Assembly: GCA_038320345.1 (NCBI GenBank)
Contig: JBBQED010000004.1
Span: forward strand, 173,155 to 237,154
Length of the DNA stretch: 64,000 bases
Source: Bacteroidia bacterium
Lineage (GTDB): Bacteria; Bacteroidota; Bacteroidia; AKYH767-A; OLB10
Direction: 5' to 3'
Below are positions 31,001 through 41,023 of this stretch, in pieces. Each line of letters starts with the position of its first letter. Position 1 is the first letter of the stretch. The notes below the pieces were generated by a model. It searched no databases. It had not been told where the DNA came from and saw nothing but the letters and a program-made list of their open reading frames with translations. The position numbers and the translations under genes are program-made.

Positions 31001-32324
31001 ATTTTCTTGCATTCTGCACTACATCATAATCACGGGAAGAGGAAAAATTATTCTGCTGAGAAAGAATATTCTGTACCTGATTAATATCCCGAGTTCCTGT
31101 GATTGCAGAGATCTGATTATACAAACTATTGGTTGAATCTGTTGGATAAGTGGAGCCGTATGGCGCTCCAGTAGAAATTCCAAAATTCTGGTTGAAATAA
31201 TTTGTTTCTGCAAGATCAAGGAGAGCAAGAACAGTACGTGTATTATCTGTACTATTATTTTTATTCGTCACCCATACTTCGAGACGTGTAATGTTAACTT
31301 GAGAATTTATAAAAGGCAGATCACTTAAAGCATTATCATAATTATCCTTGAAATAATTCGCAAGGAAATAGTGTTTGTTACCTTCATATTGATCTGCAGA
31401 AATATCAAATGTAGTCGTAGTAGCACCACTCTTCACTTCGATATTGGAAGCTTTACCTTTTTGTTGAGATAATAAAGTGGTAACGGTAAGCTTTCCGAAT
31501 TTCAATTGTGTTTTTATCCCGAACAAACTCTGACTTCCTTGTATCAGTGTCGTATTCAGTGGCAGACTAACATTTCCAGCTTCAATTTTTTGAATGATTT
31601 CATCTTCATAGCCGGTATATTCCAGTTTAATCTGATTTTCGAAATCGAAACTCGCTTCTGTATTATAGTTTGTACTGATCTTTAATTTCTCTCCGATATT
31701 CCCAATAACATTCATTTGGATCTTCTCTTGAAAATCGAAGGTTGTATTTTTCCGTTGACGTTCAGGAAGTGTAGGATTATCGTATTTGCTGATGTTTAAA
31801 CCGAAGCTTAGCGATGCAGAACCTTGCGGGCGAATATCTATGGTGTTACCTCCAAAAATTCTGTTGAAGCCTTCTCCACCAACATACAGTTTAGGTGCAA
31901 ATGCATTTTTTCTCGCAACGATATTATCTTCGTTTGCCTTTTGTTTCCAGTAATTATTTGTGCTCTTATTAAATTCTGATTCTTTGAATTCTTCGAAGGT
32001 CATATAACTTGGAGCACGAAAAAACTGATTCCCAATTTTTTCATTCACATCATACTGCCGATCTTCTGGATTATATTCTATGGTAGTTTGAACATTGGAA
32101 GGATCATGCATATAAAGCGGATTATCGCTTTGTCGGGAGTTATATGGATCTGCATTCCGGTCATCAAATGGGTAATGAAGTTCAGGAGGAGGAGTGTCAA
32201 TAACCAGCGCTTGAAGTGGAATATCAAAATCCGGAATAACAAAATCAGCACCTGAAGCCCAAACCAGAGAGATCAGCGAGAATATACCAAAGGCAAGAAG
32301 GGTATATGGTCGTAAATTTTTCAA
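25068..32324 (-). CDS. sprA: SprA, the type IX secretion system translocon / gliding-motility surface protein (2418 aa)
   Basis: The size is right, it has an N-terminal signal peptide (MKNLRPYTLLAFGIFSLISLVWA), long beta-rich Asn/Gly/Tyr-rich composition and a C-terminal beta-barrel-like end (…RLFYEQTINTPVISTSYPTSNINAGIELRFSLSQ). It sits in the conserved gcvH-sprA-ruvA neighbourhood. Confidence 0.9.
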   Translation of the reverse strand: MKNLRPYTLLAFGIFSLISLVWASGADFVIPDFDIPLQALVIDTPPPELHYPFDDRNADPYNSRQSDNPLYMHDPSNVQTTIEYNPEDRQYDVNEKIGNQFFRAPSYMTFEEFKESEFNKSTNNYWKQKANEDNIVARKNAFAPKLYVGGEGFNRIFGGNTIDIRPQGSASLSFGLNISKYDNPTLPERQRKNTTFDFQEKIQMNVIGNIGEKLKISTNYNTEASFDFENQIKLEYTGYEDEIIQKIEAGNVSLPLNTTLIQGSQSLFGIKTQLKFGKLTVTTLLSQQKGKASNIEVKSGATTTTFDISADQYEGNKHYFLANYFKDNYDNALSDLPFINSQVNITRLEVWVTNKNNSTDNTRTVLALLDLAETNYFNQNFGISTGAPYGSTYPTDSTNSLYNQISAITGTRDINQVQNILSQQNNFSSSRDYDVVQNARKLAPTEYTFNPRLGYISLNQALNNNEVLGVAFEYTIGNKVYKVGDLTTSGIDPTSVLYLKMLKGRITNTKLPTWDLMMKNIYALGGFQIDKKDFRLDVMYYVDTIGNRLNYLPLLSSETNLYTKPLNRVYNLDKLNQNNDPRPDGEYDFIEGVTINSSNGRIIFPVREPFGSYLRSQFIDQAKADQFVYEVLYDSTKTVALQQPEKNKFSLKGSYISKFGSDIPLNAINIPEGSVKVTAGGAPLVENVDYTVDYNLGRVKIINQSILNSGTAINIALESNSLFSIQSKTLLGSRFDYVVNKDLVLGGTVLRLNERPITSKVNVGDEPIANTMVGVDGTWRTDSRWLTRAIDKLPGISTKEPSNITVSGEYARLIPGNSKAIGRAGTAYIDDFEGSQSTIDLTNVGSWTLASAPTSQIPGADSSTLANGFNRSKLSWYRIDPLFYNGSSGIRPSHITTNDISNELVRQITEDEIFPNKQGLNGQKVILPMFNISYYPRERGPYNFDVQPIGGISAGVAADGFLNSPASRWGGIMRRVETTDFDAANIEFIQFWLMDPFNSDKLDPGTSGGKLYFDLGNISEDILKDGKLEYENGLPADGDTTLSTNTVWGYVPKNQPPIIYAFDNNANARQYQDVGLDGLKNSNEASFYSGYLNNLSANISPSAYAQYEADPSSDNYHYYRGSDYDAQQVSILNRYKNFSQPDGNSPTDGQSPESYSTASTTLPDAEDVNKDFNQEASEQFYEYQVDIDPSQMEIGKNFIVDKITRVGWKLANGTTKDVTWYQFKIPIRDIEGTNPNIRKFGDIEGFNTISFIRMFMTGYQEPMVLRFAKLEFLRGEWRKYAYDLFTPGECLGCGSTNTTFDVSAVSLEENGNRSPIPYVIPPGIDREINVGSTNLQQINEQSLSLSVCNLEDGDARGAFKTLQLDLRSYKKLKMFVHAEASEVEDALKDGDLTAFVRVGNDFTENYYEYEIPLKVTPWGTTDPEIIWPEQNLLELDLDKFVNLKLSRNDAVRLSGGTLNITNSYSEAEGLNKITIKGNPSLSNVRTIMIGIRNPKQNPLNPGTDDGAAKCGEVWVNELRLTNFDKKGGWAATSRVTTKLADIGNLTVAGTHKTVGFGAIEQKVSERRRSDETSFNVTSSLYLGKFLPEKAALDIPMYVNYGTVVSNPQYDPLDQDVPFNTALDNAYSNSNKKEIKRRSQDYTRNKSINFTNVKKNRVGGGKPKVYDIENFNLTYGYDETFHRDINIEYDVTKTHHGALGYNYNTTPKYIAPFGKAPALKSKYLRPVKDLNINFIPTSLNFRYDVTRTYGEKLFRNNTGFADIIRDTFYNKNFEMRRIYDFKYDLTRSIKVDFNASNYSVVDEPEGKIDTGGERDSVNSNIWGKNYFLGRNKQYQQAGNVSYQLPLNKFPLTDWISLNAKYGFTYNWTAGQFLLNKNTNAFGTDPRTGSTIQNANTKSLNGNFTMTTLYNKVPYLKKINSPKPPPPPKPKTPKPDLPKTPADTAGGKKPAPPVIKPPKGIPDGVRFVGKLIMSVKTVGFTYSTTNGTILPGYRNYSQLLGQDLDQNSPGLGFAFGSQKDLREKAVLNNWITNDTSLNSQYARTYTENFTARSSIEPLTGLKIELTANRTYAKNNSEFFRYNGTKFESQGINQTGNFSISVISWNTAFVKDDKNNYTSSVFETFNTNRKIYSERLAAENPNSSGFNAPDTFGIVYNDGYSGTQQEVLTMAFLSAYTGKSPGKVGNSPFLKTPMPNWRITYDGLSKLPLFKRIFNNVSLSHSYRSTFNINSYQRNPNYVEAETPVVRDVGGNFIPGKEIAQASLTEQFAPLIGVDVTWKNNIQTRIEFKKDRNVSLTYAGVQITETKGNEITFGFGYRIPKFILPFGLGGTRGAAGNSLNLTADFSARKNVTIIRRLLEGINQPTAGLNVYSIKGAADYAMSDRVNIRLFYEQTINTPVISTSYPTSNINAGIELRFSLSQ

Positions 32325-32442
32325 CGGGTAGTAGGTCGGTTAAATGAATGAATAAGGGCCCTAAAATAGAACAAAACCAGCAATAGAGGAGGGTCCTGGC
32401 CCTCTCTTGCGAGCCTTTAAAGAATTACAAACTAGTTCAAGA

Positions 32443-33030
32443 TCATAAAAAGCTGAGCGCGGCTTTAATTAAATCCTCAATTCTGGCTTCCTGACCCTGA
32501 GCTTTGGTGGCCTGGATTAAAGCTTTTTCAGCATTCAACCGAGCAAAACCCAAAGTTAACAAAGCACTTAACGCTTCTTCACGAATGGTATTGTGCTCAC
32601 CGGCTGGCATATTCACTGGTGCAGATGCCCCTTTGCGCATTTTATCCTGTAAATCAATTACAATCCTTTGCGCCGTTTTCGCTCCAATACCTTTTACTTT
32701 CTGAAGGGTAGCGGCATCTCCGGCGGCAATAGCATTTTTTAGTCCGGTAGTCGACATGGAAGAAAGCATCACACGAGCTGTAGTAGCTCCTACTCCATTT
32801 ACATTCAGGAGTTCACGAAACATAAAACGTTCTTCTTCATCTACAAACCCAAAAAGAATATGTGCATCTTCACGCACCACCAAATGAGCAAACAGTTTCA
32901 CTTGTTTTTTATCTTTTACAGCAGAATAAGTGTATAGCGATACCTGAAGCTGGTAGCCTACACCCTGACAATCAATCGTTACCTGAGTAGGATTAACACT
33001 TGCCAGATTACCCTGGAAATAATCATACAT
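32443..33030 (-). CDS. ruvA: Holliday junction branch-migration protein RuvA
   Basis: MYDYFQGNLASV...GVGYQLQVSLYTY (the OB domain) and the HhH motifs (LLNVNGVGATTARVMLS, LQKVKGIGAKTAQRI) are present. Confidence 0.95.
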   Translation of the reverse strand: MYDYFQGNLASVNPTQVTIDCQGVGYQLQVSLYTYSAVKDKKQVKLFAHLVVREDAHILFGFVDEEERFMFRELLNVNGVGATTARVMLSSMSTTGLKNAIAAGDAATLQKVKGIGAKTAQRIVIDLQDKMRKGASAPVNMPAGEHNTIREEALSALLTLGFARLNAEKALIQATKAQGQEARIEDLIKAALSFL

Positions 33031-33246
33031 AGATTTTTATGGGATAAGCCTCTGAAAATAAAGGAGTCATGTAATAATTGAAATTAAGATACTGACCATC
33101 TTTTATACGAAATGGATTGGTCAAAGTTCACAAATTCCTTTCAAAGCAAGTTGAACAATTTGGAGTTCTTTCAAAAAATAAACAACAGTTATCAACTCGT
33201 AACAAGTCGCCTGTAAGCACCTTTTTTGTGGACGACTAGTGGACGA

Positions 33247-35547
33247 CTATTTCATACTTATCGGAACTTTCTTCACTTCCAGATTTCCTTTCCTCGATTG
33301 TGCATCCGTAGCCGCTATTGTTACCATATTCACAATTTCCCTAACGCTGGATCCAAGTTGAAGTATATGCACTGGCTTTTTCAAGCCCAGTAATACAGGA
33401 CCAATCGCTTCAGCAGCACCCGTAGTTTGCAATAGTTTGTACGCAATATTTCCAGAATCTAGGTTAGGAAAGATCAACACATTTGCTCCTGCTTCCGCCA
33501 GATCACTGAAGGGAAAGTTATCGCGCATCAACTGAGAATTAAATGCAAAATTGGCTTGCACCTCCCCATCAACAAGTAAATCAGGATATTTACTATGAAG
33601 AATTTCAACAGCCTGACGCATCTTCATCGCACTTGCAGTATTTGATGAACCGAAATTAGAATAAGATAATAATGCTATTCTAGGACGAATATTAAATTGC
33701 TTTACAGCAGATGCAGTGAGCAATGCTATTTCTACAATTTCCTCAGCAGTAGGATCAATATTGATTGTGGTATCTGCAAAGAAAACAGGACCATTTTTAG
33801 TGATCATAATATACATCCCTGCAACATGTTTCACTCCATCTTGAGTACCAATAATTCTCAATGCAGGTTTAATCGTATCGATGTAATTACGAGTTAAGCC
33901 AGAGATCAGAACATCAGCCTGACCTGTTTCAACCATCATTGCCCCATAATAATTACGCTCTTGCATAATTTTTTTTGCTTCATACAAAGTATAACCTCGA
34001 CGTTGACGTTTTTTGAAAAACAACTCTCCAAATTCAGCAAGTGTCTGAGACTCTTCACGAGGGTCAATAACGGGAACACCTTCAAGACGCAAATTATGTT
34101 CGGCAATTAAAGCTTCGATTTTTTTACGATTACCTAAGAGAATCGGCTTTGCAATACCTTCCTCTTTCACAATCTGTGATGCCTTCAAAATTTTATACGT
34201 ATCCGCTTCTGCAAAAACCACACGCTGCGGATTTTGCTTAGCCTTACTTGTAATTAATCGTATCAGTTTATTATCTAAACCAAGTCGATTCTTCAATTCG
34301 TTTACGTAAGTCTCCCAATTAGTAATTGGCTTAAGGGCAACGCCTGAATCAATAGCAGCTTTTGCAACAGCAGGAGAGATAGTATAAATCAATCGTGGAT
34401 CGAGAGGCTTAGGAATTATATATTCTCGTCCGAATATAATATTTCGTTTATTGTAAGCAAGATTTACAATTTCAGGGACAGGTTCTTTAGCTAGACCAGC
34501 GATAGCATGCACTGCGGCAAGCTTCATCGCTTCATTAATCTGAGTAGCTCTCACATCAAGTGCACCTCTGAAAATGAATGGGAATCCAATTACATTATTT
34601 ACCTGATTAGGATAATCGGAACGACCGGTCGCCATGATCACATCAGGTCGGGCAGCTACGGCATCATCATAAGTAATTTCAGGATCAGGATTTGCCATCG
34701 CAAAAACAATTGGATCAGCCTTCATCTTTTTAAGATGATCACCTTTCAGGATATTTCCTTTGGAAAGGCCCACAAATACATCGGCATTTTCAAGTGCTTC
34801 TTCAAGGGTATTAATATCACGACTTGTAGCAAAACGAATTTTATGCAGATCTAAATTTTCACGAGTATTGCGGATCACTCCAGTACTATCGAGCATTACA
34901 ATATTTTCAATTCGAGCACCGAGTGTAACGAATAAACTGGTACAAGAAATGGCGGAAGCACCAGCACCATTGATGACGATCTGTACTTCCTCAATTTTCT
35001 TTTCAGCAATCTCTAGAGCATTGATCAATGCCGCTGCAGAAATAATAGCAGTACCATGTTGATCATCATGCATCACAGGAATTTTCAATTCTTCTTTCAG
35101 TCGACGTTCAATTTCAAAGCACTCTGGAGCTTTAATATCTTCGAGATTAATTCCCCCGAAAGTTGGAGAAATTGCCTTCACTGTTTTCACAAATTCCTCA
35201 ACGTTGAGTTGATTTACTTCAATATCGAACACATCGATATCTGCAAAAATTTTGAAGAGTAAGCCCTTTCCTTCCATTACAGGTTTAGAAGCTTCAGGAC
35301 CAATATTTCCTAGTCCTAATACAGCGGTACCATTTGAAATTACAGCAACAAGATTTCCTTTAGCGGTATATTTATAAACGGCATCCGGATTTTTTTCAAT
35401 CTCCAAACAAGGAGCGGCAACTCCTGGAGAATATGCCAAAGCAAGATCACGTTGTGAACTAGTAGGTTTGGTAGGAACGACTTCTATTTTTCCGGGACGA
35501 CCGGATGAATGATAATCGAGTGCTTCGTTGTTGAGGTCTTGCGCCAT
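33247..35547 (-). CDS. maeB: NADP-dependent malic enzyme (malic enzyme domain plus a C-terminal phosphate acetyltransferase-like domain)
   Basis: 766 aa. It carries the ...[13 protein letters not shown]... and ...GLGNIGP... malic enzyme signatures, the NAD(P)-binding GAGASAI motif and a PTA-like C-terminal half. Confidence 0.95.
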   Translation of the reverse strand: MAQDLNNEALDYHSSGRPGKIEVVPTKPTSSQRDLALAYSPGVAAPCLEIEKNPDAVYKYTAKGNLVAVISNGTAVLGLGNIGPEASKPVMEGKGLLFKIFADIDVFDIEVNQLNVEEFVKTVKAISPTFGGINLEDIKAPECFEIERRLKEELKIPVMHDDQHGTAIISAAALINALEIAEKKIEEVQIVINGAGASAISCTSLFVTLGARIENIVMLDSTGVIRNTRENLDLHKIRFATSRDINTLEEALENADVFVGLSKGNILKGDHLKKMKADPIVFAMANPDPEITYDDAVAARPDVIMATGRSDYPNQVNNVIGFPFIFRGALDVRATQINEAMKLAAVHAIAGLAKEPVPEIVNLAYNKRNIIFGREYIIPKPLDPRLIYTISPAVAKAAIDSGVALKPITNWETYVNELKNRLGLDNKLIRLITSKAKQNPQRVVFAEADTYKILKASQIVKEEGIAKPILLGNRKKIEALIAEHNLRLEGVPVIDPREESQTLAEFGELFFKKRQRRGYTLYEAKKIMQERNYYGAMMVETGQADVLISGLTRNYIDTIKPALRIIGTQDGVKHVAGMYIMITKNGPVFFADTTINIDPTAEEIVEIALLTASAVKQFNIRPRIALLSYSNFGSSNTASAMKMRQAVEILHSKYPDLLVDGEVQANFAFNSQLMRDNFPFSDLAEAGANVLIFPNLDSGNIAYKLLQTTGAAEAIGPVLLGLKKPVHILQLGSSVREIVNMVTIAATDAQSRKGNLEVKKVPISMK

Positions 35548-35774
35548 GCTACTTCACATTTTAATTAAGGTTACGAAGATACGAATCTCCAACGGAGAGA
35601 AAATTATTTCGGATCTCGACAATTATGATTCATCTCAATAGATCAATTCGACTAAAAATCAGAATACAGTTTTTTCATTAGGCGATATTGTATTCTGTTA
35701 AATTGAAAACCGGATGAATGCAAAAACGGGAAAGTGATGACTTTCCCGTTTTCGGTAATGCTTATCGTTAGTTA

Positions 35775-36488
35775 TTAGTGATGAGAAACCACCAATTTTG
35801 AAGTGCTCTGAACTTTATTTCCGCTTACATAAGAAACGAAATAAACTCCTGCCTTAAGTTCTGAAGTTGTGATCATCAGCGTTCCGTTTTTACCAGGAAG
35901 ATCTAATGTTTTGATAAGTGATCCCAGCATATTATAAATTACCACTTTATCTCCATTATCACTAGTCGGAAAATTATAAGTGAACAAAGTATAACTATCA
36001 GCAGGATTACGTAATGCTTTAGAAATTCCAAACTCTTCTTTATTATCGGCTAAACCTACCGCACAGAAGTTGAAATTTAAAGTAAGTCCAATAGAATCCG
36101 CAATATTATTCTGATCATAAAAACGATAATGCAAAGAAGCATTATCACATGTTGAATTCGGATCTACTTGTGCTTTAAAAGTAGTATTTGTTGCACCGGC
36201 AGGAAGCAATGTAGCATTACCTGCTACTGCTGTTCCCGGAGGGTAACACCATGCTCCGAAGCAAAATAACTCATACATGTTCGGATTAAAATTGTTGATG
36301 ATACGTTCAACTCCAACGTTGACATCACTTGCACCAATATTTACAAGGGTAACATGAGATTCAAGAACTGTGGTATTCCCCGGATCAGAAACGGTTTGGG
36401 TAAAATTTGAAGGTGCCAATGATTGTTGAGCAAACACACTTAGGCCCGACAACAATAAAGTACATACAAGTAGAGTAGATTTTTTCAT
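35775..36488 (-). CDS. Secreted protein with a T9SS C-terminal sorting domain
   Basis: The internal start MKKSTLLVCTLLLSGLSVFAQQ is a signal peptide. The C-terminal ~80 aa (…GDKVVIYNMLGSLIKTLDLPGKNGTLMITTSELKAGVYFVSYVSGNKVQSTSKLVVSHH) is a typical Por secretion CTD. Confidence 0.65.
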   Translation of the reverse strand: MKKSTLLVCTLLLSGLSVFAQQSLAPSNFTQTVSDPGNTTVLESHVTLVNIGASDVNVGVERIINNFNPNMYELFCFGAWCYPPGTAVAGNATLLPAGATNTTFKAQVDPNSTCDNASLHYRFYDQNNIADSIGLTLNFNFCAVGLADNKEEFGISKALRNPADSYTLFTYNFPTSDNGDKVVIYNMLGSLIKTLDLPGKNGTLMITTSELKAGVYFVSYVSGNKVQSTSKLVVSHH

Positions 36489-36938
36489 GCAATACAGTTT
36501 AATCACTATTCGTTTTGGTGGTCTAAAGATAACTATATTTATGTATGTCAAGCAAGTCCATCTTGAATATTGAACTATGATGACAAATCAATGACTAATT
36601 AAAGATTTGCTTATCAAGCCATTGAGATGATTTCTCTTACTAAGAATGGTTGGTTCCTAGGCTAATCATTTGACAATAAGAATCTTAAGTCCGGGATTAT
36701 TTAAAATGGAACTCCTTATCGTAGATTTTTTACTGAACCTAGAAAATTCAGTGTTTTTAAGGAGTTTTCTTCATCTTATCTATAATTGATAAAACTACCT
36801 TTTGTTTACTTTTACGCATCGGGATCCCATTTAGAAACGCCTAAAGTTCTAATCATTACCTTAAGTTTTCAAGTGACTTATTGGAGATAACCCATTAAAA
36901 AAGAATAGTATCTGTTTAAATAGAACCTTATTATACTG

Positions 36939-37442
36939 ATGAAAAAAACACTTCTAATTCTCTCCATTTGCCTGAGTGGCTTACTGGTAAAAGCACAGGA
37001 TACCATCGTAAAAACGATTCCGGCAGCCCTCGTAAAGACGCTCGATGGAAAGAATTTCAACACCCGTGATCTCAACAATGACGGGAAACCAATGGTGATT
37101 GATTTCTGGGCAACTTGGTGTAAACCATGTGTTGCAGAGCTCAATGCCATCACTGAGGAATATGCTGAATGGCAGAAAGAAACAGGAGTTAAAATTGTTG
37201 CTATTTCTATTGATGACACACGAAATATGCTTTCAGTTGCGCCTTTTGTGTCCGGTAAAGGCTGGGATTATGAGGTTTATCTAGATCCTAACGGAGATTT
37301 CCGCCGAGCGATGAATGTGAATAATGTACCACATGTGTTTTTATTCGATGGCAAAGGGAATCTCGTATTACAGCACAATTCCTACTCTCCTGGTGATGAA
37401 GACAAGCTATACGAAGAGATTAAAAAATTAACCGGAAAATAA
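36939..37442 (+). CDS. TlpA-like thiol-disulfide oxidoreductase (thioredoxin fold, secreted)
   Basis: Signal peptide plus the VIDFWATWCKPCVAELNAI catalytic CxxC context of the redoxin/TlpA family. Confidence 0.85.
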   Translation: MKKTLLILSICLSGLLVKAQDTIVKTIPAALVKTLDGKNFNTRDLNNDGKPMVIDFWATWCKPCVAELNAITEEYAEWQKETGVKIVAISIDDTRNMLSVAPFVSGKGWDYEVYLDPNGDFRRAMNVNNVPHVFLFDGKGNLVLQHNSYSPGDEDKLYEEIKKLTGK

Positions 37443-37461
37443 TCTCCACTAATTTATTAAG

Positions 37462-37508
37462 CAGGGAACCCAATATATACGGTTCCCTGTTTTATTTTAG
37501 CTGATTCA
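37462..37508 (+). terminator. Rho-independent terminator
   Basis: Stem cagggaacc / ggttccctg with a caatatatac loop, followed by ttttatttt. Confidence 0.7.
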
Positions 37509-37530
37509 TAGTTCTACTTATCTACCTGAT

Positions 37531-39171
37531 ATGCTTATTAACAAACCCATAAGATCACTGGCACTTATTGCTATTTGCATCATTGGAACCACTTATTACA
37601 GTACAGCGCAATCGAGTACTGATCTTTCCAATCTCTCTGGAAATTTCGAAATCAATGCCCAATATTATCGGCCCGATTCAGCCATTGAAACCGTTGATGT
37701 TCCAGAAAAGTTATTAAGCAACGGATTTTTTAATCTGAATTACACGTATGGAAAATTTGCCGCTGGGATTCGCTATGAAAGTTATCTGAATCCACAACTT
37801 GGTTTTGATCCAGCCTATAAAGGAAGTGGAATACCTTTTCGTTTTGCGAGTTTTACTTCTGATAATTTAAAAGTAACAGTTGGAAATTTTTATGAGCAAT
37901 TTGGGAATGGACTAATCCTTCGGATTTATGAAGAGCGTGCCTTAGGTATTGACAATTCACTTGATGGAATCCGTGTAGCTTATGAACCCATTAAAGGAAT
38001 CATGCTAAAAGGTTTCGTAGCAAAAGAGCGCAAATTTTTTGAATATCCTGATCCAGTGGTTCGTGGTATTGACGGAGATTTTCAGCTCAATGATTTTGTA
38101 AAAGGGTTTGAAGATTCTAAACTGCGGCTAGGCGTAGGCGGTAGTTTCGTGAGCAAGTACCAAGTGGATGATAGTCCTAGTCGGATTCTTCCAGAAAACG
38201 TTGGTGCTTGGGCTTCAAGGGTCAATTTGAATTACGGAAATTTCGCACTTAACTCAGAGTTTGCGTATAAATACAACGATCCTTCGTATGATAATGATTT
38301 CATTTACAAAAACGGAGAATCATTTTATACCAGTATCACTTATACCAAGAAAGGAACAGGAGCTCGGTTAAATTTAAAACGTGTAGATAATATGAGTTAC
38401 CGAGCTGATCGTAATGCCTCCTTCAACGTTCAAACGATCAATTTTATTCCTGCGATAAATAAACAACTAACCTACCGTTTGAGTACTTTATATCCATTCA
38501 CTACTCAGTTATTAGGCGAGATGGGAATTGGAGGAGAGTTTTATAAAACATGGAAACCCTCAACTAAAATGGGAGGTAAACATGGTACAACTATTTCCAT
38601 CAGCGGATCACTCGTTAACGATATTAAGCGAGATTCGATTGACAATGATACGCTAGGATATGCAACTGATTTCTTTACGATCGGACATAAAAAATTCTAT
38701 AACGAGTTTGTGTTAGAAGTCACCAAGAAAGTTAGTCCGAAAAGCAAATTCATTTTCACGTATATCTACCAATTCTACAATAAAAAAGTATTTGAAGGAT
38801 ATCCCGGATTAATAACATCACATATTGGTGTTGTAGATTACACTTACAAGATAACAAAAGCAAAAAGTATACGTTTTGAATTACAACATTTGCTAACGGA
38901 ACAAGATCGTAAAAATTGGGCCATGTTGCTTGCAGAATATAGTATTTCACCTAAATGGTCGTTTGCCGTATTTGACGAATGGAACTACGGAAACGATGAT
39001 CCGGACAAACGGTTCCATTATTATAATGCAAGTATGGCTTTTACAGAAGGTCCCACCCGAATCAGCATAGCCTATGCTCGTCAGCGCGCAGGATTACTGT
39101 GTGTAGGGGGCGTCTGCAGACTAGTTCCAGCAAGCAATGGCGTTAATCTGACAATTACCAGCAGATTTTAA
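37531..39171 (+). CDS. Outer-membrane beta-barrel protein (DUF6029-like), co-operonic with the thioredoxin-like proteins
   Basis: Signal peptide and amphipathic beta-strand periodicity throughout, with aromatic-rich strand ends and a C-terminal ...LTITSRF ending in a terminal Phe. Confidence 0.5.
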   Translation: MLINKPIRSLALIAICIIGTTYYSTAQSSTDLSNLSGNFEINAQYYRPDSAIETVDVPEKLLSNGFFNLNYTYGKFAAGIRYESYLNPQLGFDPAYKGSGIPFRFASFTSDNLKVTVGNFYEQFGNGLILRIYEERALGIDNSLDGIRVAYEPIKGIMLKGFVAKERKFFEYPDPVVRGIDGDFQLNDFVKGFEDSKLRLGVGGSFVSKYQVDDSPSRILPENVGAWASRVNLNYGNFALNSEFAYKYNDPSYDNDFIYKNGESFYTSITYTKKGTGARLNLKRVDNMSYRADRNASFNVQTINFIPAINKQLTYRLSTLYPFTTQLLGEMGIGGEFYKTWKPSTKMGGKHGTTISISGSLVNDIKRDSIDNDTLGYATDFFTIGHKKFYNEFVLEVTKKVSPKSKFIFTYIYQFYNKKVFEGYPGLITSHIGVVDYTYKITKAKSIRFELQHLLTEQDRKNWAMLLAEYSISPKWSFAVFDEWNYGNDDPDKRFHYYNASMAFTEGPTRISIAYARQRAGLLCVGGVCRLVPASNGVNLTITSRF

Positions 39172-39219
39172 TTGCAACAACCTTTACGAAACAATACCTT
39201 TGAACTAAGAATACATCCA

Positions 39220-40068
39220 ATGAAAAAAATACTCAGCTTCCTTGCTTTTGCCGCTATCGCAACTTTCACTGCCTGTGATAAAGTAGAGGGTCCATACTCA
39301 GAGACATCAGGTGGTAATAATAACAATGGAGATTCCATCGTGAAAAAAGTTTTGTTGGAAGACTTTACGGGTCATACTTGCCAAGGTTGTCCAGCATCAC
39401 ATGCAGAAGCATTACGCTTACAGGGAATTTATGGAGACCGATTAATCGTAATGGGAATTCATGCAGGATATTTTGCAAAACCACAAACCAATCCTGATGG
39501 TTCTTATGCCTACGATTTCAGAAATCAAACGGAGACTGATATTGCAACTTTTTTTAATGTCATCAATCAACCTTTCCCAAAAGGGATGGTAGGTAGAGAA
39601 CGCAATACAACAACTAATGCTCAAGATATCCTTGACTTCACTGCCTGGGAAGGAAGAATAGCTGCACAATTAGATGAACCTGCTTTGGCTGGATTAAAAA
39701 TTACAAATACGTTTGATAGTGCTAGCAGAAATATCACTGCAACTGTTGAAACGAAAATGGTTTCTGCAATTAATGATCCTGTTAGGCTTTGTGTTTATAT
39801 GGTTGAAGATAGCATTGTGAAGTGGCAGAAAGACGGTTCCACAAACATTGAATTCTATACTCATCGCCATGCTTTAAGAGGATCACTCAACGGAACTTGG
39901 GGTGATGCTTTATCAAATCCATTAACTGCAGGACAAATAATAAATACTTCCGTGAGTGGCTCATTAGTACCTGCTGATGCAAATCCTGATCAGTGTTATC
40001 TCTATGCAATTTTGTACAATGATGTCACTAAAGAGATCATTCAAGTAGAAGAGAAAAAGATTAAATAA
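39220..40068 (+). CDS. Omp28-related lipoprotein with a thioredoxin-like CxxC motif
   Basis: Lipobox ...FTACD. The LLEDFTGHTCQGCPASH segment matches the Omp28-family signature (...EEFTGtwCgyCP...). The start was chosen at MKKILSF (39220). Confidence 0.55.
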   Translation: MKKILSFLAFAAIATFTACDKVEGPYSETSGGNNNNGDSIVKKVLLEDFTGHTCQGCPASHAEALRLQGIYGDRLIVMGIHAGYFAKPQTNPDGSYAYDFRNQTETDIATFFNVINQPFPKGMVGRERNTTTNAQDILDFTAWEGRIAAQLDEPALAGLKITNTFDSASRNITATVETKMVSAINDPVRLCVYMVEDSIVKWQKDGSTNIEFYTHRHALRGSLNGTWGDALSNPLTAGQIINTSVSGSLVPADANPDQCYLYAILYNDVTKEIIQVEEKKIK

Positions 40069-40091
40069 CCATTAAACACTACGAATTTTTT

Positions 40092-40137
40092 ATACTAACA
40101 CTAATTAACAAATTAGTGTTAGTATTTAGTTGATTTC
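40092..40137 (+). terminator. Rho-independent terminator
   Basis: A perfect 15-bp stem atactaacactaatt / aattagtgttagtat with an aaca loop, followed by a T-rich tail. Confidence 0.55.
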
Positions 40138-40505
40138 AAATTACAACTATTAATATCTGATAGTATTTTAGCACCGGGATGAATGGGATTGCCACCCGAT
40201 TAATATAGTGTTGTGCAAAGTTAGTGGCTAATCCTTTTTACAATCCAATTTTCTTTTAAGTGCACAGTCTGTTCATACATGGTTGCCGGAACAATTCCCT
40301 TTACAAAGAAACCGCATCTATGAAACAACAGTTAATAAGAAACATGAATTACTTCCTGCCTGGACGAGGCTAGGGTGCTTGCACCATTGATCCGTTTACA
40401 TTGTCCTGTATTGCTCTGGGAGCGATAATGGAACAGCTATGCAACAGCGTAGAAGTTGCAAAAACTCAATCAACAATCTAATAAAATAACTTAAAAACAA
40501 ACAAC

Positions 40506-40955
40506 ATGAAAACTCCCAAATTGTTAATTTTTATGATCGCTTTTGTGATGGGATTTTGTTCTATCATTCCATCAAAGTCAAATGCGCAAACTACCGAAAG
40601 GATTAAATTCAGATTCGGAACAAGATCACATCCTAATGCTTCCGGCGAAGGGTGCGAAGGTGATAAAGGAATTTGCATCATTCTAAATTTAAGCGCAAAT
40701 AGATTAGCCGTAAATAATTGCGGCGTTGCTGATGTAATTATTAGCGGCAATAAAATGACCTTCAATATTGTGGAAGATCCATCCCCAGCGTTAGACTCTG
40801 AAAACTACTTAAATGTTTACGAAGATAAATCGCTTGATAATGCTACTGCAGAACAACTTGGTTATTCTTCAGTGATTATCAAAAAAGGCAGATATGTGCT
40901 GAATAAAAGCAAGAATAAATTAGGTACTGCAGAGGTAACTATTACAACTCGTTAA
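40506..40955 (+). CDS. Small secreted Cys-containing hypothetical protein (paralog A1)
   Basis: Signal peptide MKTPKLLIFMIAFVMGFCSIIPSKSNAQ. It shares the CEGxKGxC motif and a conserved C-terminus (AEQLGY...IKKG.Y.LNKSKN) with the next gene. Confidence 0.6.
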   Translation: MKTPKLLIFMIAFVMGFCSIIPSKSNAQTTERIKFRFGTRSHPNASGEGCEGDKGICIILNLSANRLAVNNCGVADVIISGNKMTFNIVEDPSPALDSENYLNVYEDKSLDNATAEQLGYSSVIIKKGRYVLNKSKNKLGTAEVTITTR

Positions 40956-41023
40956 TTTATTAACAAGAACGGGGCGGAAATTAATTCTGTCCCGTTCATT
41001 CATTTTATTAAAACCTTAACCAT

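Noticed and set aside
25249-31228. Several 60-130 aa ORFs on both strands inside sprA
   Set aside because: They are embedded in or antisense to the 7.2-kb sprA frame, which is unambiguous.
33697-35262. Plus-strand ORFs inside maeB
   Set aside because: They are antisense to a highly conserved malic enzyme frame.
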